Source of the DNA: an uncultured Actinomycetes bacterium
Lineage (GTDB): Bacteria > Actinomycetota > Thermoleophilia > RBG-16-64-13
Assembly: GCA_963841735.1 (NCBI GenBank)
Contig: CAWJDT010000001.1
Location: forward strand, 1,184,001-1,248,000
DNA length: 64,000 nucleotides
Direction of reading: 5' to 3'
A program made the position numbers and the translations under genes. The notes beneath the pieces were generated by a model that made no database searches, had not been told where the DNA came from, and worked only from the letters and a program-made list of their open reading frames with translations. Each line of letters opens with the position of its first letter. Positions within the stretch are counted from its first letter, which is position 1. This document shows, piece after piece, positions 50,533 to 59,734 of this stretch.

Positions 50533-52376
50533 CGGTCGCGGTCCTCCTTCTCACCGTTCACACGGGCGGTGTAGGGGCACAGTTCGACACCGGCCCGTTG
50601 CATGACGACGTCTTCGGCCAGGGCTGCGCAGGTGGGGGCGCCACAGGTGCCGCAGTCCTTGCCCGGCAGGGAGTGGGTGACCTGCTGCAGGTGACCCAGC
50701 TTCTGGATGGCTTTGCCCATGTCGGCATCGAGCCGGATGCCCGGCCGGGGGGCATAAGGCCGCCGGCGCGGCTGCGGGGCGGGCGCGGGCACCGAGGCCG
50801 CGCCGGCGGTGCCGACGGGTCCCGCGGAGTCGCCGCCCCCGGCCGCAGCGCCGGGCTTGGCGCCTCCCAGGGCGCCGGCCGCCTCGGCGACTTCGACCGC
50901 CTCCCGGCCACGTTGCCAGCGGCGGGCGGCTACATGGTGGTCTTCAGATAGCAGCGGGGAGCCGAAGCACCCGCCTTCGCAGGCATATGGGTCGATGGCG
51001 GCCACGTCGCCAAGCAGGCCGTCCTCGATCTGCTCCAGCAGCTTGATCACGTGGGTGATGCCGGTGACCGTCAGCAGTGCATCGGTGTTGTGGTCGGTCT
51101 CCGTCACGGTTGCCTGGGGGTGCGTGGTGATCGGCGCCAGGGCCTCGCTGCGCGGCTCCAGGCTTGAACCGGCTCCACCTGTGAGCTTCATCATGACGGC
51201 TTGGCGGAAGGGCCCGGGTGCCAAGTATTCGGCGGCTGCACCCACGGCTGCGGGTGGTCCGTCGGCACTCGCGTCGCTCCCGTCTTGGCCTGGTGTTTCT
51301 GGCACATGTAGGAGTAGGGCGGAGCGCTGGCTGGGGCACGAGACCACATAGGCGACCGGCCTGCCGCCGTGCGCGGCCTGCACCGCTTCCCAGGGCGAAT
51401 CGAACGGGGCCAGGTGAGGCACCAGCGAGGGGAAGCGGAGCTCGACCAGATTGGTAATCGCTGGGCACGAGGATGTGATCAGCGGCCGGGGACGGGCCGC
51501 GGAGTCGGTCGCGCTTTCGGCTGGGGCCGCGCCTATGGCCGCGGCGTCGTCGCAGGATGTCGCCTCGGCCATCGCCAGCACCGCCGCGCGCAGCGCCTGT
51601 TCGTACGGCGCCGAAGTGATCACCTCGGCAAAGCCCAGGCCTTGGAGAGCGGCCATTACCTGTGCCGGCGGATAGTCGGCGCCACACCCGGCCAGCAGAG
51701 CCGGCGGTACTACCAGCAGCATGTCCTCTTTGCCGGGCAGCGCCTCCAGATTGGAGAGTTCGTCGCGCATGGTCAGAGCGCCACTGCTACAGGCGGCGAT
51801 GCAGGCCGTGCAGTCTACGCAGAGGTGTTCGAGCACGCTCGGGCGCCCGTCACGCACCCGCAGCGCCTGCGTGGGGCAGGCGGTCAGGCAGGCCCGGCAG
51901 TCACGGCAGCGATCGGCCGAGGCGTAGAGCGAGATGGGCCGCGCTCCGTCGCTGCTGCCTGGCTGCAGATCGACGGTGAAGCTTACCCGGGTGCCTTTTC
52001 CCATGCGGGAGGTCACCCGCAGGCGATCACTGTTGCGCTTAATGTTGGGCAGTCCCATGCCCGCCCCGAAGCCGAGCGCCCGGGCCTCGGCACCGGCTGT
52101 GGAGAAACCCTCTACCATGGCCTGCTCCACATCGGGAATGCCCGGACCTCCGTCCACCACGTTCACGTCTATCTGGGACGCCGAGAGGCAAGCCTCCAGG
52201 CGGCCGCCGACGGAGTGTATGACCACGTTCATCTCGGCTTCGTAGGCGGCGATCATGGTGCGGCGGATGGCTTCAGCCTCGGCCCCGATGCGTTTGAGGT
52301 GTTCCTTGATGGCGCGCGAGGCGGCGCCCGCCCGGCGGAAGTCGTTGCTCTCTATGTCGTATGACAAGAATTCCAT
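50529..52376 (-). CDS. RsbW/RsbT-like kinase fused to degenerate [FeFe]-hydrogenase-like FeS domain
   Basis: YEAEMNVVIH, DGGPGIPD, GFST, GFGAGMGLPN; then 2x[4Fe-4S], ITSSCPA, VSCPSQ, ACEGGCFG, LPGKDCGTCGAPTC. Confidence 0.85.
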   Translation of the reverse strand: MEFLSYDIESNDFRRAGAASRAIKEHLKRIGAEAEAIRRTMIAAYEAEMNVVIHSVGGRLEACLSASQIDVNVVDGGPGIPDVEQAMVEGFSTAGAEARALGFGAGMGLPNIKRNSDRLRVTSRMGKGTRVSFTVDLQPGSSDGARPISLYASADRCRDCRACLTACPTQALRVRDGRPSVLEHLCVDCTACIAACSSGALTMRDELSNLEALPGKEDMLLVVPPALLAGCGADYPPAQVMAALQGLGFAEVITSAPYEQALRAAVLAMAEATSCDDAAAIGAAPAESATDSAARPRPLITSSCPAITNLVELRFPSLVPHLAPFDSPWEAVQAAHGGRPVAYVVSCPSQRSALLLHVPETPGQDGSDASADGPPAAVGAAAEYLAPGPFRQAVMMKLTGGAGSSLEPRSEALAPITTHPQATVTETDHNTDALLTVTGITHVIKLLEQIEDGLLGDVAAIDPYACEGGCFGSPLLSEDHHVAARRWQRGREAVEVAEAAGALGGAKPGAAAGGGDSAGPVGTAGAASVPAPAPQPRRRPYAPRPGIRLDADMGKAIQKLGHLQQVTHSLPGKDCGTCGAPTCAALAEDVVMQRAGVELCPYTARVNGEKEDRDR

Positions 52377-52389
52377 GAGGGTCGTAGGG

Positions 52390-53535
52390 TCAGCCTCTGT
52401 CTTCCTGCGTCTCGGGGGGAGGAGTCCCGAGGAAAGGCGCTTCGGGGGTGATAGCTTCGGGCGAGAGCAGTCGGTAGATCAGGCCGCAGGTCTCAAAGAC
52501 GCCCAAGGGCGAGACCATGAGCAGGGTGCCGTCTTCCGCGGCCAGATCGACGATCTCCGGTCCCGGATCTACCCCATCGACGAAACAGATGCCGGGGACC
52601 TCCATCAACTCGGCCACTTTCACCATCTGCAGATTGGCTAGGTTGGTGACCAACAGGGTCTTGTCGGAGGCCTCGCTCAGGAGGTCGCTCACTCGGTCGC
52701 CTGCATAGATGCGGGTGACCTCGCCTGCGTCTTCGGGGTGTGGTGTGAGTACCCGTGCGCCGATCTTGCCGGCGAGCTCTTGAAGCCCCATGTGCGCCTC
52801 CGACAGCAGGGTGTCATGCGTGTGGATGATGGGCTCCATCTCCACATCGGCACCGGTCTCCACCCCTTCCTCGGTGACGCAGGCCGCGCTGCCGGACATC
52901 TGTTCTTCGCGGGCGAAGAACGCGGCCGACTCCAGAGCCGACGTGATGTCCATGTGGTCCACGAATACGTTCTCGGGCACCTGCAGGGGGATGGCCGTGA
53001 AGTCCACGATGCTCCGTACGCCCGCGCGCACCAAAGCTTCGGCGGTGGTCTGCGCGGTCTCGGGCGGCACAGCCAGGATGGCGATGCGGATGCGCTTGGC
53101 TCTGACGATGGGTTCCAGGTCGCGAAGATGGTGCACCGGACAGCCCTCGATGGAGGTCCCGACTGAAGCCGGGTTTGTGTCGAAGCCCGCCGCGATGCGC
53201 AGCAGCGGGCGGCGGCCGGCGAAGTGGGCCAGTACCGACTGGCCCAGCCGGCCCAGGCCCACAAGAGCCACATCTTGGCGCGTGGAACCGTCGAGCAGGC
53301 TCGAGATGGCTTCCAGGCAGGTTTCCACCTGATAGCCACGGTTGGGGCTGCCCGAGTAGCCGATGACCATGAAGTCGCGCCGGACTTGGGTGGCGCTGAC
53401 CCCCGCCAGATGGGCCAGTTGGTGAGAGAAGATGCTGGTGGTGCCGGAGTCCCTGAGGTTGTCGAGCAGCCGACGGTAGAGGCTGAGCCTGCCCACCGTC
53501 TTGCGGGATACTCCCGGCTTTGCTGGCGCTCCCAC
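52390..53535 (-). CDS. rex: Redox-sensing repressor Rex with C-terminal DRTGG domain
   Basis: RLSLYRR, SHQLA, QVRRDF..GY; Rossmann VGLGRLG, GFD, ILAVP; then YAGDRVSDLL, LLVTNL, FETCGLIY. Confidence 0.88.
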   Translation of the reverse strand: MGAPAKPGVSRKTVGRLSLYRRLLDNLRDSGTTSIFSHQLAHLAGVSATQVRRDFMVIGYSGSPNRGYQVETCLEAISSLLDGSTRQDVALVGLGRLGQSVLAHFAGRRPLLRIAAGFDTNPASVGTSIEGCPVHHLRDLEPIVRAKRIRIAILAVPPETAQTTAEALVRAGVRSIVDFTAIPLQVPENVFVDHMDITSALESAAFFAREEQMSGSAACVTEEGVETGADVEMEPIIHTHDTLLSEAHMGLQELAGKIGARVLTPHPEDAGEVTRIYAGDRVSDLLSEASDKTLLVTNLANLQMVKVAELMEVPGICFVDGVDPGPEIVDLAAEDGTLLMVSPLGVFETCGLIYRLLSPEAITPEAPFLGTPPPETQEDRG

Positions 53536-53563
53536 GTTCGCCGCTCCGTCCCTTTCGCAGCAA

Positions 53564-53598
53564 TCGTTACAGAGATAACACCGTTACGTGTTTCACAA
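53564..53598. promoter_or_regulatory. Two tandem Rex-like operator sites
   Basis: TCGTTACAGAGATAACAC and CCGTTACGTGTTTCACAA resemble TTGT(G/T)AA-N4-TT(C/A)ACAA; lie in the divergent promoter region. Confidence 0.55.
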
Positions 53599-53666
53599 GT
53601 TACTCCTCCGGGGTAGCAAAGGTCAATGTACAATGACGGTGTTTCGTAGTCGAATGAGGAGGAGAC

Positions 53667-53915
53667 ATGAAGCACACGATCTTCGGCATCCACATCACCA
53701 ACCGGGTCGAGAATGTTCCCGCGTTGCAGGCCACCCTAACCAAGTACGGCTGCAACATCCGCACCCGGCTGGGCGTCCACGATGCCGACGCCACCAGTTG
53801 CTCCCCCAGCGGCTTGGTGCTGGTGGATGTCTTCGGCGTCGAAGTCGAGGATTTCTACCGCGAACTCCAAGGGCTCAAGGGCGTGGGTCTGCAAAGAATG
53901 GACTTTGAAGAATAG
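53667..53915 (+). CDS. Small ACT-like iron-only hydrogenase system regulator-like protein (TM1266-related)
   Basis: GAGGAG SD; LTKYGCNIRTRLGVH..CSPSGLVL. Confidence 0.75.
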   Translation: MKHTIFGIHITNRVENVPALQATLTKYGCNIRTRLGVHDADATSCSPSGLVLVDVFGVEVEDFYRELQGLKGVGLQRMDFEE

Positions 53916-53988
53916 GCGGCACCGCGGCTTGGCGGACGCCCCAGCGATCCCCGGCCTTGCGCCAGTGAAACGGAAAGGTTAGAAAGCG

Positions 53989-55101
53989 ATGTATCAAGTG
54001 AGAAGGCGATCGGTGCGGGCGTTCGAGCATGCTTGCGCTGATCTTGGCTCTGTTGCTGGCCTCCGGGCTCCTGCTGGTGGCCGGTTGTGGTCCGAGCGCT
54101 CCGGACACCCCGATCACTACTGTGACGCCGACCACGGCGCCCCAGGTGACTACCAGCACCGGCGACGCGGCGACCACCACCACGCTCTCGAAGCTCGACA
54201 AGCTCACCCTGGTGGCCCCACCCGGGCCCATGGCCATCCCCATGGCCTACCTGAAGGTCAACGACAAGCTGGCCGACGTGGCCGCCGAGACCGAACTGCT
54301 GATCTGGGAGAACCCCGACCAGCTCAAGGCCATCGTGGCCGGCAAGCAGGGCGACTTCGTCACCGTGCCCTCCAACACGGCCGCCATCTTCTACAACAAG
54401 GGCCTCCAGCTGCAGCTGCTGGACATCTCGGTGTGGAACATCACCTATCTGGTGACCCGTGATGCCGACGCCGCCGGCTTCGCCGACATCAAGGGCAGTC
54501 GTTGGTGGTGCCGTTCCAGGGCAGCGTGCCCGACGTGACCTTCCAGTACATCGTCACCAAGGAGGGCCTCGACCCGGCCCAGGACTTCGACCTGCGCTAC
54601 GCCGCCGATCCCACCCAGGCAGCCCAACTGCTGTTGTCGGGCCAGGTGGACAACGCGGTGCTGAGCGAGGCCTTGGCTACGGCCGTGCTGCTGCAGACCA
54701 AGGATGCCGAGAAGCCGCTCCGCAAAGCCCTCGCTTTCGACAAGGCCTGGGAGACAGCGGCCGGCGCCGGCGCGCTGAGCCCCATCGCGGGCACGGTGGC
54801 CACTCCCAACGTCATGGGCAGGCCCGATGTGGTCGCGGCCTTCCAGCGCGAATATGCAGCCGCCGTCGACTGGATGCTGGCCAACCCGGAGGCCGCCGGG
54901 CAACTGGTCGAGACCGAACTGCCCGATCTGGGCCTCAAGGCCCCGGTCATGACCGCCGCGCTCAAGGGCATCACTTGGAAGTTCACACCAGCTCTTGAGG
55001 CCAAATCCGGCCTGGCCGCCTTCTACACGGCGCTTATGGAGTTGTCACCAGAGGTCATCGGCGGGAAACTGCCCGATGATGGTTTCTACTACGTCCCCTA
55101 G
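53989..55101 (+). CDS. ABC transporter substrate-binding lipoprotein, NitT/TauT-like (frameshifts near 54025 and 54497)
   Basis: Lipobox VAGC, Thr-rich linker, PSNTAAIFYNKG; C-half ending IGGKLPDDGFYY in another frame. Confidence 0.8.
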
Positions 55102-56011
55102 CGACTCATCGGATCCGGCGGGGTCGAAAGACCCCGCCGGGCCGCGCAGCGCCGCTTCGCGGCGCCCCGCGGCGTCCGGCCCCGCGCCGCCGCGGGGCGG
55201 GGCCGCGCCGGGCCTGACGCCCCTCGGCCTGCAGTCCGCGCCCCCCGCCTCCGTGTCGCGCCGCGCCCGCGTCCTTTATGCCGCCCTGGGAGTGGCCGCC
55301 CTCCTGCTGGGCTGGGAGTTGCTCTCCCTCTGGGTGAGCCCGGTGTACATAGCGTCTCCGGTCGAGACCGCCAAGGCTCTGGGAAGTCTGGCCGCCGACG
55401 GTACGTTGTGGATCCAGCTGCTCATCACGCTCAAGCGCCTGGTCATCGGCCTGGCCGTCGGGGTCGGGCTGGGCTGGGTGTTCGGCCTGCTGGCCGGCCT
55501 GTCGCCCCGGCTGCGGTCGTTCCTCGAGCCTCTGCGCTGGGTGGGCATGACTATCCCGGCCATCATCATCGCGGGGTTGGCCATGGTGTGGTTCGGGCTG
55601 GGCGACTTCACGGTGATGTTCGTGGTGGCGCTCATCGTGGTGCCCACCATGTACGTCAACACCATGGCCGGTGTGCTCAACCTCGACCCCCGGTTGGTGG
55701 AGATGGGCCGCGTCTATCACTACCCCCGGCGGCTGATGCTCACCGAGGTCTACCTGCCGGGCACCGCGTCGCCCGCGCTGGCCGGGTTGACCCTGGCCAC
55801 GGGCATCGGGGTGAGGGCCGTGGTCTTGGCGGAGGTCCTCGCGGCCATGACCGGCATCGGACATTCTTTTTCGCGCGCTATGAGCAATCTGGATACCGCT
55901 GGGCTCTTCGCCTGGATCGTGGTGCTCTTGGCGCTGATGGCTCTGCTCGAGTTCGGCGTGCTGCGCCCGCTCAAGCGGCGGGTGATGCGCTGGCGCAAGG
56001 GGGCCGGATGA
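55076..56011 (+). CDS. ABC transporter permease, NitT/TauT-like
   Basis: ITLKRLVIG, LVEMGRVY (EAA-loop equivalent), AVVLAEVL..GIG; start uncertain. Confidence 0.88.
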   Translation: MMVSTTSPSDSSDPAGSKDPAGPRSAASRRPAASGPAPPRGGAAPGLTPLGLQSAPPASVSRRARVLYAALGVAALLLGWELLSLWVSPVYIASPVETAKALGSLAADGTLWIQLLITLKRLVIGLAVGVGLGWVFGLLAGLSPRLRSFLEPLRWVGMTIPAIIIAGLAMVWFGLGDFTVMFVVALIVVPTMYVNTMAGVLNLDPRLVEMGRVYHYPRRLMLTEVYLPGTASPALAGLTLATGIGVRAVVLAEVLAAMTGIGHSFSRAMSNLDTAGLFAWIVVLLALMALLEFGVLRPLKRRVMRWRKGAG

Positions 56012-56674
56012 TCACCTTCCAGAACGTGAGCAAGGCTTATGGGGATCTTAAAGTCTTGTCGGGTGTCTCTCTGCATGTAGGCGCGGGAGAGATCGTGGGC
56101 ATAGTGGGACCTTCCGGCTCGGGCAAGAGCACCATCCTGAAGCTCATCACCGGCATCCTGGCTCCCGGACGAGGGCACTGTGACCGTCGCCGCGGGGGCG
56201 GTGGGCTACGTGTTCCAAGAGCCGCGGTTGCTGCCTTGGAGGACGGCGCTGGACAATGTGGCCGGGCCGCTGCGGGCCGGGGGCATGAGTAAGGCCGAGG
56301 CCTGGCCGATCGCGGAGCGCTGGCTGGACCGGGTGGAGCTGGCGGGCTTCGAGCGCTACCATCCGGCGGAGCTGAGCGGGGGCATGGCCCAGCGGGTGTC
56401 GCTGGCCCGGGCCTTCGCCGTGGAACCGCGGGTGCTGCTCCTGGACGAGCCCTTCTCCAGCGTGGATGTGACCCTCAAGGGGTCGCTCATGGGCATCCTG
56501 GAGAGCATCATCAAGGAGCGTAAGACGGCGGTGGTGTACGTCACCCACGAGTTGACGGAGGCGCTCCGTCTGGCCGACCGCATCCTGGAACTGACTCCAG
56601 AACATGGCCTGCGCGAACTGGACCTGAGCGACCGCGGGGCTGTGGCGCGCGAGTGGGTGGCGCGAAGCGAGTAA
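56008..56674 (+). CDS. ABC transporter ATP-binding protein (frameshift near 56165)
   Basis: GPSGSGKST, then VFQEPRLLPW, LSGGMAQRV, LLDEPF, VTH in the +1 frame. Confidence 0.88.
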
Positions 56675-56797
56675 GTGCCCGGTCGGACTCGGCCCCGCCA
56701 AGATGGGACCGACGTTGTAGAGACCTCTCGTCCCACCGCCCCTACCATCGACCCGTACACAACAAGGTGACCGGTCGAGTGACGGTGAGGAGGGACC

Positions 56798-57265
56798 ATG
56801 TTCGAGAAGCAGACTTGGATGCAGCGCGCCGGCGAATTCCCGCAGTCCGACGAGGAATACTTCGGGCTTCTGGCGCGGGCGGTGTTCTCGGCGGGGCTTG
56901 GGCCAAAGGTGGTGGAGTCGCGCTGGAAAAGCATGGGCGACGCGTTTCACGGGTTCGATCCCAGCAAGGTGGCGCAGATGGGGGAGGCCGATGTTTCACA
57001 GCTGCTCAGCGACCCGGCGGTCATACGCAACCGGCGCAAGATCGAGGCGGTCATTCACAACGCAGCGGTCTTTATGGAGAAGACGAGTGTCCAGACGGGG
57101 GCCGATCCCTTGTTTCACGCCTGCCTCACCGAGTGGGGAGCGGGCGAGGATCTTGACGCCGCGGCTGAGGAGCTGACGCACTGCTTCACCCACCTGGGAC
57201 GGACGTCGGCACTGTTCTTCCTGTTCAGCGCCGGCTGGCGGCCGCGCGAGGCCGACGCCGCCTGA
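56798..57265 (+). CDS. DNA-3-methyladenine glycosylase I-like protein
   Basis: VFSAGL, AFHGFDP.KVA, IRNRRKIEAVIHNA. Confidence 0.75.
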   Translation: MFEKQTWMQRAGEFPQSDEEYFGLLARAVFSAGLGPKVVESRWKSMGDAFHGFDPSKVAQMGEADVSQLLSDPAVIRNRRKIEAVIHNAAVFMEKTSVQTGADPLFHACLTEWGAGEDLDAAAEELTHCFTHLGRTSALFFLFSAGWRPREADAA

Positions 57266-57454
57266 GCCATGACGCTGATCGTCTGCATGAAGGCTTCTGT
57301 GCCCCCACTGCTCTCGCAATAGACGCGGCCCCCGGGGGGTTTGTGGGTCCGGAAGAAGCGGTAACTACCACTGTGCACGGCTGCCGGCTCGGCCGGGCGT
57401 CGAGGAAGGAGCCGTGCGCAGCCACGCGGGAAGACCGGAAGCGAAAGGGGACCT

Positions 57455-57724
57455 ATGGATCCGTTCATTCTCCGCGAATACGAGGCGAAACTGGACGACT
57501 GGTTGGCGCAGGGCTATCAAGTCATGGCCGACGATATCGACGGCGAGTTGCGTCTCACCGTGCACTACGTCTCCCCTGAGGGTGGAGAAGGCAGTGAGCG
57601 GGCCCAGGAGTTCTGGCCCATGACCTCCGACATCGTGAGCCTGCTCGCCGACAACGGCATCGAGATATCGCACGCGCTGGCGGGTCCGCGACCGTGGGCG
57701 GGGGCGCATCCCGAGCAGAGGTAG
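57455..57724 (+). CDS. Small acidic hypothetical protein
   Basis: Purine-rich SD, plausible codon usage, 89 aa. Confidence 0.6.
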   Translation: MDPFILREYEAKLDDWLAQGYQVMADDIDGELRLTVHYVSPEGGEGSERAQEFWPMTSDIVSLLADNGIEISHALAGPRPWAGAHPEQR

Positions 57725-57888
57725 CCCGCGGCGGCCGCGCCGTGGGGCCGGGGCTCACCTGGCGGCAGGGGCGGCGTGTGCACCCCTGGGGTCAGTGGAG
57801 CCCGACGGCCCGGGGCGGCGAGGGGTGGTATCTTCTCCCAGTACATTTCGTGCGGATATGCACGTATGAATAGGAAAGGAGATCCCCC

Positions 57889-59070
57889 TTGTCTCGAGAC
57901 GTAGTGATTCTAAGCGCCGCCCGCACACCGGTCGGACGCTACCTGGGTACCCTGGCCGACATCCCGGCATGGAAGCTCGGTGCCATCGCCATCGCTGAGG
58001 CCGTCAAACGGGCCGGTATCGACCCTGCCGACGTTCAAGAAGTAATGATGGGCAACGTGCTGACGGCCGGCCAGGGCCAGAACCCCGCCCGCAAGGCCAT
58101 GTTGGAGGCCGGTCTGCCCCAAGAGATCCCTGCCTTTACGCTCAACATCGTGTGTGGCTCGGGCATGAAGACCGTGCATGAGGCCGCCAACGCCATCAAG
58201 GCCGGCGACGCTGAGGTCATCGTGGCGGGCGGCATGGAGAACATGAGCATGGCCCCCTACCTGGTGCCCAATGCCCGCAAGGGCTATCGCATGGGTGACG
58301 GCGTGCTGGTGGACGAAATGATCGTGGACGGTCTGCAGTGCGCCATGGGCAACATCCACATGGGCATCACCGCCGAGAACGTGGCCGAGAAGTACTGCGT
58401 CTCTCGCGAGACGCAAGACCAGATCGGCTACGACAGCCAGCGCAAAGCGGGCGAGGCCATCAAAAACGGCAAGTTCAAGGCCGAGATCGTTCCGGTGGTC
58501 ATCCCGCAGCGCAAGGGTGATCCCGTGGTGTTCGATACCGATGAGCACGTGCGCGCCGAGACCACGCTCGAGGGCTTGGGCAAGCTGAAGCCGGCCTTCA
58601 AGAAGGATGGCACTGTTACCGCCGGCAACGCGTCGGGCATCAACGACGCCGCCGCCGCGTTCGTGGTGGCTTCGGCCGAATGGGCCGAGAAGAGGGGCCT
58701 CAAGCCTCTGGCAACCATCGTGGGCTATGCCACAGCTGCTCTCGATCCTGCGTTGATGGGCATGGGCCCCTTCTACGCCACCAAGAAGGTTCTTGAGAAG
58801 ACCGGCATGAAGCTCGAGCAGATGGACGTCATAGAGTCAAACGAGGCGTTTGCCGCTCAGGCCGGCGCTGTGGCTCAGGAGCTGGGTCTGGACATGAGCA
58901 AGGTCAACCTCTACGGAGGGGCCATCGCTCTGGGACATCCCATCGGAGCTTCAGGCGCCCGTATTCTCACCACGCTCATCCACGCGCTCAAGCAGGAGGG
59001 CGGCACCTACGGCCTGGCCACCATGTGCATCGGTGGCGGTCAGGGCATCGCCACTATCGTCAAGGTCTGA
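57889..59070 (+). CDS. atoB: Acetyl-CoA C-acetyltransferase (thiolase)
   Basis: [27 protein letters not shown]; AAGGAG SD before TTG. Confidence 0.95.
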   Translation: MSRDVVILSAARTPVGRYLGTLADIPAWKLGAIAIAEAVKRAGIDPADVQEVMMGNVLTAGQGQNPARKAMLEAGLPQEIPAFTLNIVCGSGMKTVHEAANAIKAGDAEVIVAGGMENMSMAPYLVPNARKGYRMGDGVLVDEMIVDGLQCAMGNIHMGITAENVAEKYCVSRETQDQIGYDSQRKAGEAIKNGKFKAEIVPVVIPQRKGDPVVFDTDEHVRAETTLEGLGKLKPAFKKDGTVTAGNASGINDAAAAFVVASAEWAEKRGLKPLATIVGYATAALDPALMGMGPFYATKKVLEKTGMKLEQMDVIESNEAFAAQAGAVAQELGLDMSKVNLYGGAIALGHPIGASGARILTTLIHALKQEGGTYGLATMCIGGGQGIATIVKV

Positions 59071-59102
59071 GCCCAAAGGGTCTAGGCAGCAAGGAGAGAC
59101 TC

Positions 59103-59327
59103 GTGAAAGAACGTGTAGAAAAGGCACTTGACCTCATCCGTCCTGCGCTGCAGAACGACGGCGGCAACGTCGAGCTCGTCGATGTCGACGAAGCCACGGG
59201 CGTCGTCAAGGTCAAGCTGGTCGGCGCCTGCGGCAGCTGCCCGATGTCGCAGATGACTCTGCGCATGGGTGTCGAGCGGGTTCTGAAAGAGCAGATTCCT
59301 GAGATCACCGAGGTCGTGTCCGCCTAA
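59103..59327 (+). CDS. NifU/Nfu-like FeS carrier
   Basis: IRPALQNDGGNVELV, GACGSCPMSQMTL. Confidence 0.92.
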   Translation: MKERVEKALDLIRPALQNDGGNVELVDVDEATGVVKVKLVGACGSCPMSQMTLRMGVERVLKEQIPEITEVVSA

Positions 59328-59365
59328 AGAAGACCGGCGGCCCCGGGGCGCGGCCCCGCGGGCCT

Positions 59366-59683
59366 CTAGGACTTCAGTCCGGACAGGTGGCCGGTAGCGC
59401 GGTCGATCTCGTCTTTGAGTGAGCTGAACTCGTTGGTCGTGGCCGAAACGCTCTTGAGCGTTTCGGCCACAACTTGTTGTTTGGTGGCAAGTTGCCGCGC
59501 CTTGGGCACGATGGCCTGACTGCGGCGGATGACCTCCTGCACGTGGTCCATGGAGGAGATGCCGGAACGGCGGGCTGCCTTGATGAGACCGATGGCTTTG
59601 ATGACCAAGACCACCGACCCGGTGAGGAAGAGCGCACAACCGAGGCAGATGGAGACGATCATGATGATCGTATTAGGCGACAT
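59366..59683 (-). CDS. Membrane-anchored coiled-coil hypothetical protein
   Basis: N-terminal TM helix and heptad-like C-terminus. Confidence 0.6.
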   Translation of the reverse strand: MSPNTIIMIVSICLGCALFLTGSVVLVIKAIGLIKAARRSGISSMDHVQEVIRRSQAIVPKARQLATKQQVVAETLKSVSATTNEFSSLKDEIDRATGHLSGLKS

Positions 59684-59734
59684 AAGTCTATTCTACCCCG
59701 AGAGCGTTGCCCGGGGCCGGGCTTGGAGCCGGCG

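Noticed and set aside
11095-56166. Programmed frameshifting or selenocysteine recoding at broken genes
   Set aside because: No slippery heptamers or in-frame TGA; scattered one-base indels fit sequencing error better
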